Shown: positions 60,958-64,000 of the stretch, piece after piece
Position numbering within the stretch: the first letter of the stretch is position 1
Layout: each line of letters begins with the position of its first letter
NCBI RefSeq assembly: GCF_963921235.1
Contig: NC_086097.1
Coordinates: forward strand, 228,472,001-228,536,000
DNA length: 64,000 nt
From: Mobula hypostoma
Taxonomy: Eukaryota
Reading direction: 5' to 3'
Program-made: the position numbers and the translations under genes
The notes under the pieces: model-generated
Databases searched by the model: none
What the model was told of the DNA's origin: nothing
The model's input: the letters and a program-made list of their open reading frames with translations, nothing else

Positions 60958-63752
60958 AGTACTAGCGGTATGCCGGAAGTTAGAGCGACGGGGACAGAAG
61001 AGAATGCAGTTGCTATTATTCGGGAGAAGGTGCTTGGGAAACTGGAAGGTCTGACATCAGATAAGTCACCTGAACCAGATGAACTACATTGCTCTGAAAG
61101 AGGAGCTGAAGAGATTGTGGAGGCATTAGTAATGGTATTTCAAGAATCACTAGATTCTGGAATGCTTCCAGAGGACTGGAACATTGCAAATGTCATTTCA
61201 CTCTTTAAGAAAGGAGGGAGGCAGAAGAAAGGAAATGATAAGGCCATAAGATATAGGAGCAGAATTAAGCCATTAGATTTTTTTGAGTCAGATCTGCCAT
61301 TTTGTCATGGATGATCCAATTTTCTTCTCAGCCCCAATCTCCTGCCCTCTCCCCGTATCATTTCATGCCCTGAGCAGTCAGAAATCTGTCAACCTCTGCT
61401 TTAAATACACATAAAGACTTCTCCTCCACAGCAGCCTGCGGCAAAGAATTCCACAGATTCACCACTCTCTGACGAAAGAAATTTCTCCTCATCTCTGTTC
61501 TAAAAGGACGCCCCTCTATTCTGAGGCTATGTTCTCCGGTCTTAGACTCTCCCACTATAGGAAACATCCTTTCCACATCCACTCTATCAAGGCCTTTCAC
61601 CATACGATAGGTTTCTATGAGGTCGCCCCTCATTCTTCTGAATTCTACTGACTACAAGCCCAGAGCCAACAAACACTCTTCATATGACATGCCATTCAAT
61701 CCTGGAATAATTTGCATGTTCCTCCTTTGAACTCTCTCCAGTTTCAACACATCCTTTCTAAGAAAAAGAGCCCAAAACTGCTTACAGTTCTCCAGCTGAG
61801 GCTTTACCAGGGTTTTATGAAGTATTATCGGCCAGTTAGCCTGACCTCGGTGGTTGGGAAGATGTTGGAGTTGATTGTTAAGGATGAGGTTTCCAAGTAC
61901 TTGGAAGCATAAGATAAGATAGGCCAAAGTCAGCTTGGCTTCCTTAGGGGAAACCTTGTCTGACAAATTTGTTGGCATTCTTTGAGGAAATAACAAGCAG
62001 GATAGACAAAGGAGAATCAGTAGATGTTGTGTACTTGGATTTTCAGAAGGCCTTTGACAAGGTGTCACATAAGAGGCTGCTTAACAAGATAAGAACCCAT
62101 GGTTTTATAGGAAAGATACCAACAAGAACAGAGCATTGACTGATTGGGAAGAGACAAAGGGTGGGAATAAAGGGAGCCTTTTGTGATTGGCTGTGCTGAC
62201 TGGTGCTTCTTTTTACACTACATATCAATTATTTGGATGATGGAATTAATGGCTTTGTGGCCAAGTTTGCGGACAATAGGAAGATAGGTGGAGGCACTAG
62301 TTGAGTGAGGAAGCAGGGAGGATGTGAAAGGTCTTGGACAGGTTAGGAGAAAGGACAAAATAGTGGCAAATGGAATACAACGTTGGGAAGTGTATGATCA
62401 TCCACTCTGGTAGAAGGAATAATAGTGTAGATTATTTTCTAAGTGGGAAGAAAATTCAAAAACCTGAGGTGCAAAGGGACTTGCGAGTCCTTGTGCAGGA
62501 TTCCCTAAAGGTTAATTTGCAGGTTGAGTTGGAGGTAAGGAAGGCAAACGCATTGGTAGCATTCATTTCGAGAGGACTAAACACAAGGATGTAACGCTAA
62601 AGTTTTATTGGCACCGGTGAAACTTCACTTGGAGTATTGTGAGTCCCTCAATTAAGAAGGGCTGTGCTGACATTGGAGAAGGTTCAATGGACGTTCATGA
62701 AAATGATTCCAGGAATGAAAGGCTTATCGCATGAGGAGTGATGGATGTCTCTGTGCCTTTACTTGCTGGAATTTAGAAGAATGAGGGGTGATCTCATTGA
62801 AACCCATCAAATGTTGAGATGTGATGTTGAGACTCTATAAGGCACTTGTGAGACCATCTTGGAGTATTGTGGGCAGTTTTGGGCTTCTTATTTTAGAAAG
62901 AATATACTGATATTGGAGAGGGTTCAGAGTAGATTCACGAGAATGATTCCAGGAATGAATGAAAGGGTTACCGTATGAGGAACATCTGGCAGCTCTTGGG
63001 CTGTATTCCCTGGAGTTCAAGAGAATGAGGGGGGATCTCATAGAAACATTCCGAATGTTAAAAGGCCTGAACAGATTAGATATGGCAAAGTTATTTCCCA
63101 TGGTAGGGCATTCTAGGACAATAGGGCACGACTTCAGGATTGAAGGACATCCATTTAGAACAGAGACACGGAGAAATTAGCTCAGTCCAAGGGTGGTAAA
63201 TCTGTGGAATTTGTTGCCACGAGCAGCTGTGGAGGCCAAGTCATTGAGTGTATTTAAGTCAGAGATAGATAGGTTCTTGATTAGCCAGGGCATCAAAGGG
63301 TATGGGGAAAATGCAAGGGGGTGGAGATGACTGGAAGAATTGAATAACGGAGCAGACTTGATGGGCCAAATGGCCTACTTCTGCTCCTATATCTTATGGT
63401 CTTATGTTGAAAGGTCTAGAGAGAGTGGATGTGGAGAGAATGTTTCCTACAGTGGGGGAGTCTAGGACCAGAATGTGCAGCCTCAGAATAGAGGGACTTC
63501 CATTTAGTATAGAAATGGGGAAGAATGGAGATTCAAGTGGTGAATCTGTGGAAGTCGTTACCATAGGCAGCTGTGGAGGCCAAGTCATTGGGTGTTTGAA
63601 GGCAGAGATTGCTATGTTCTTGATTAGTCATGGCATGAAAGGTTACAGGGAGAAGACAGGAGAATGAGGTTAAGAGGGAAGTGGATAAGCCTGATGTAAT
63701 AGCGGAGCAGACTTGATGGGCTTAATTCTACCCCTATGTCTTATGGTTTTAT
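60958..63752 (+). mobile_element. Degraded CR1 carrying two nested CR1 insertions (61245-61820 minus; 62818-63403 plus)
   Basis: RT is continuous across both inserts; TSD ATGTTGA at 62811-17 and 63404-10. Confidence 0.88.
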
Positions 63753-64000
63753 GTGACAGAAATAAAGCAATTTACCAGTTTGCTGAGCTGGAACTCGAGC
63801 TCAATGTGTTCCTGACTATGTGGTTTCCAAATAATTTGTTGTTCCCAAATGACACACAATGTGTATGTACCACTCTTTATTCTCCTGCCAAGTTATTCAG
63901 CAAGTTATCTAAAGTTGTTTGTTTAGCTGTGAAGTTGTTAAATTGTTTAGCTAATAGTATTACACAAACCTAAAGCACTAACGATAAGCATTGAATTTGT

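Overview
Eukaryotic, vertebrate non-genic (intergenic or deep intronic) DNA. The repeat repertoire suggests a cartilaginous fish, probably a ray; this is an inference. Well over half of the window is transposon-derived: CR1 LINEs of several subfamilies, Rex1/Babar-like LINEs, Penelope-like elements (PLEs), V-SINEs and other SINEs, Tc1, hAT and Tigger DNA-transposon relics, and a probable solo LTR, often nested 2-3 deep. No host protein-coding exon could be identified with confidence. The long ORFs are retroelement ORFs or their antisense shadows. Points of most interest: (1) PLE termini and free-standing ~100-bp derivatives carry a minimal type-I hammerhead ribozyme motif; about nine copies are visible and all are mutated. 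(2) One young CR1 has an uninterrupted endonuclease+RT frame whose ATG comes from the flanking DNA, and it has two near-identical siblings, one with a 21-bp x4 repeat at its 5' junction. (3) There is a Tigger4/MER46-like terminus. (4) There is a consensus CTCF motif and several repeat-free islands. I found no wholly new multi-gene system. TE boundaries were read by eye and are approximate unless a TSD is quoted. Family names come from recalled motifs, not database searches.
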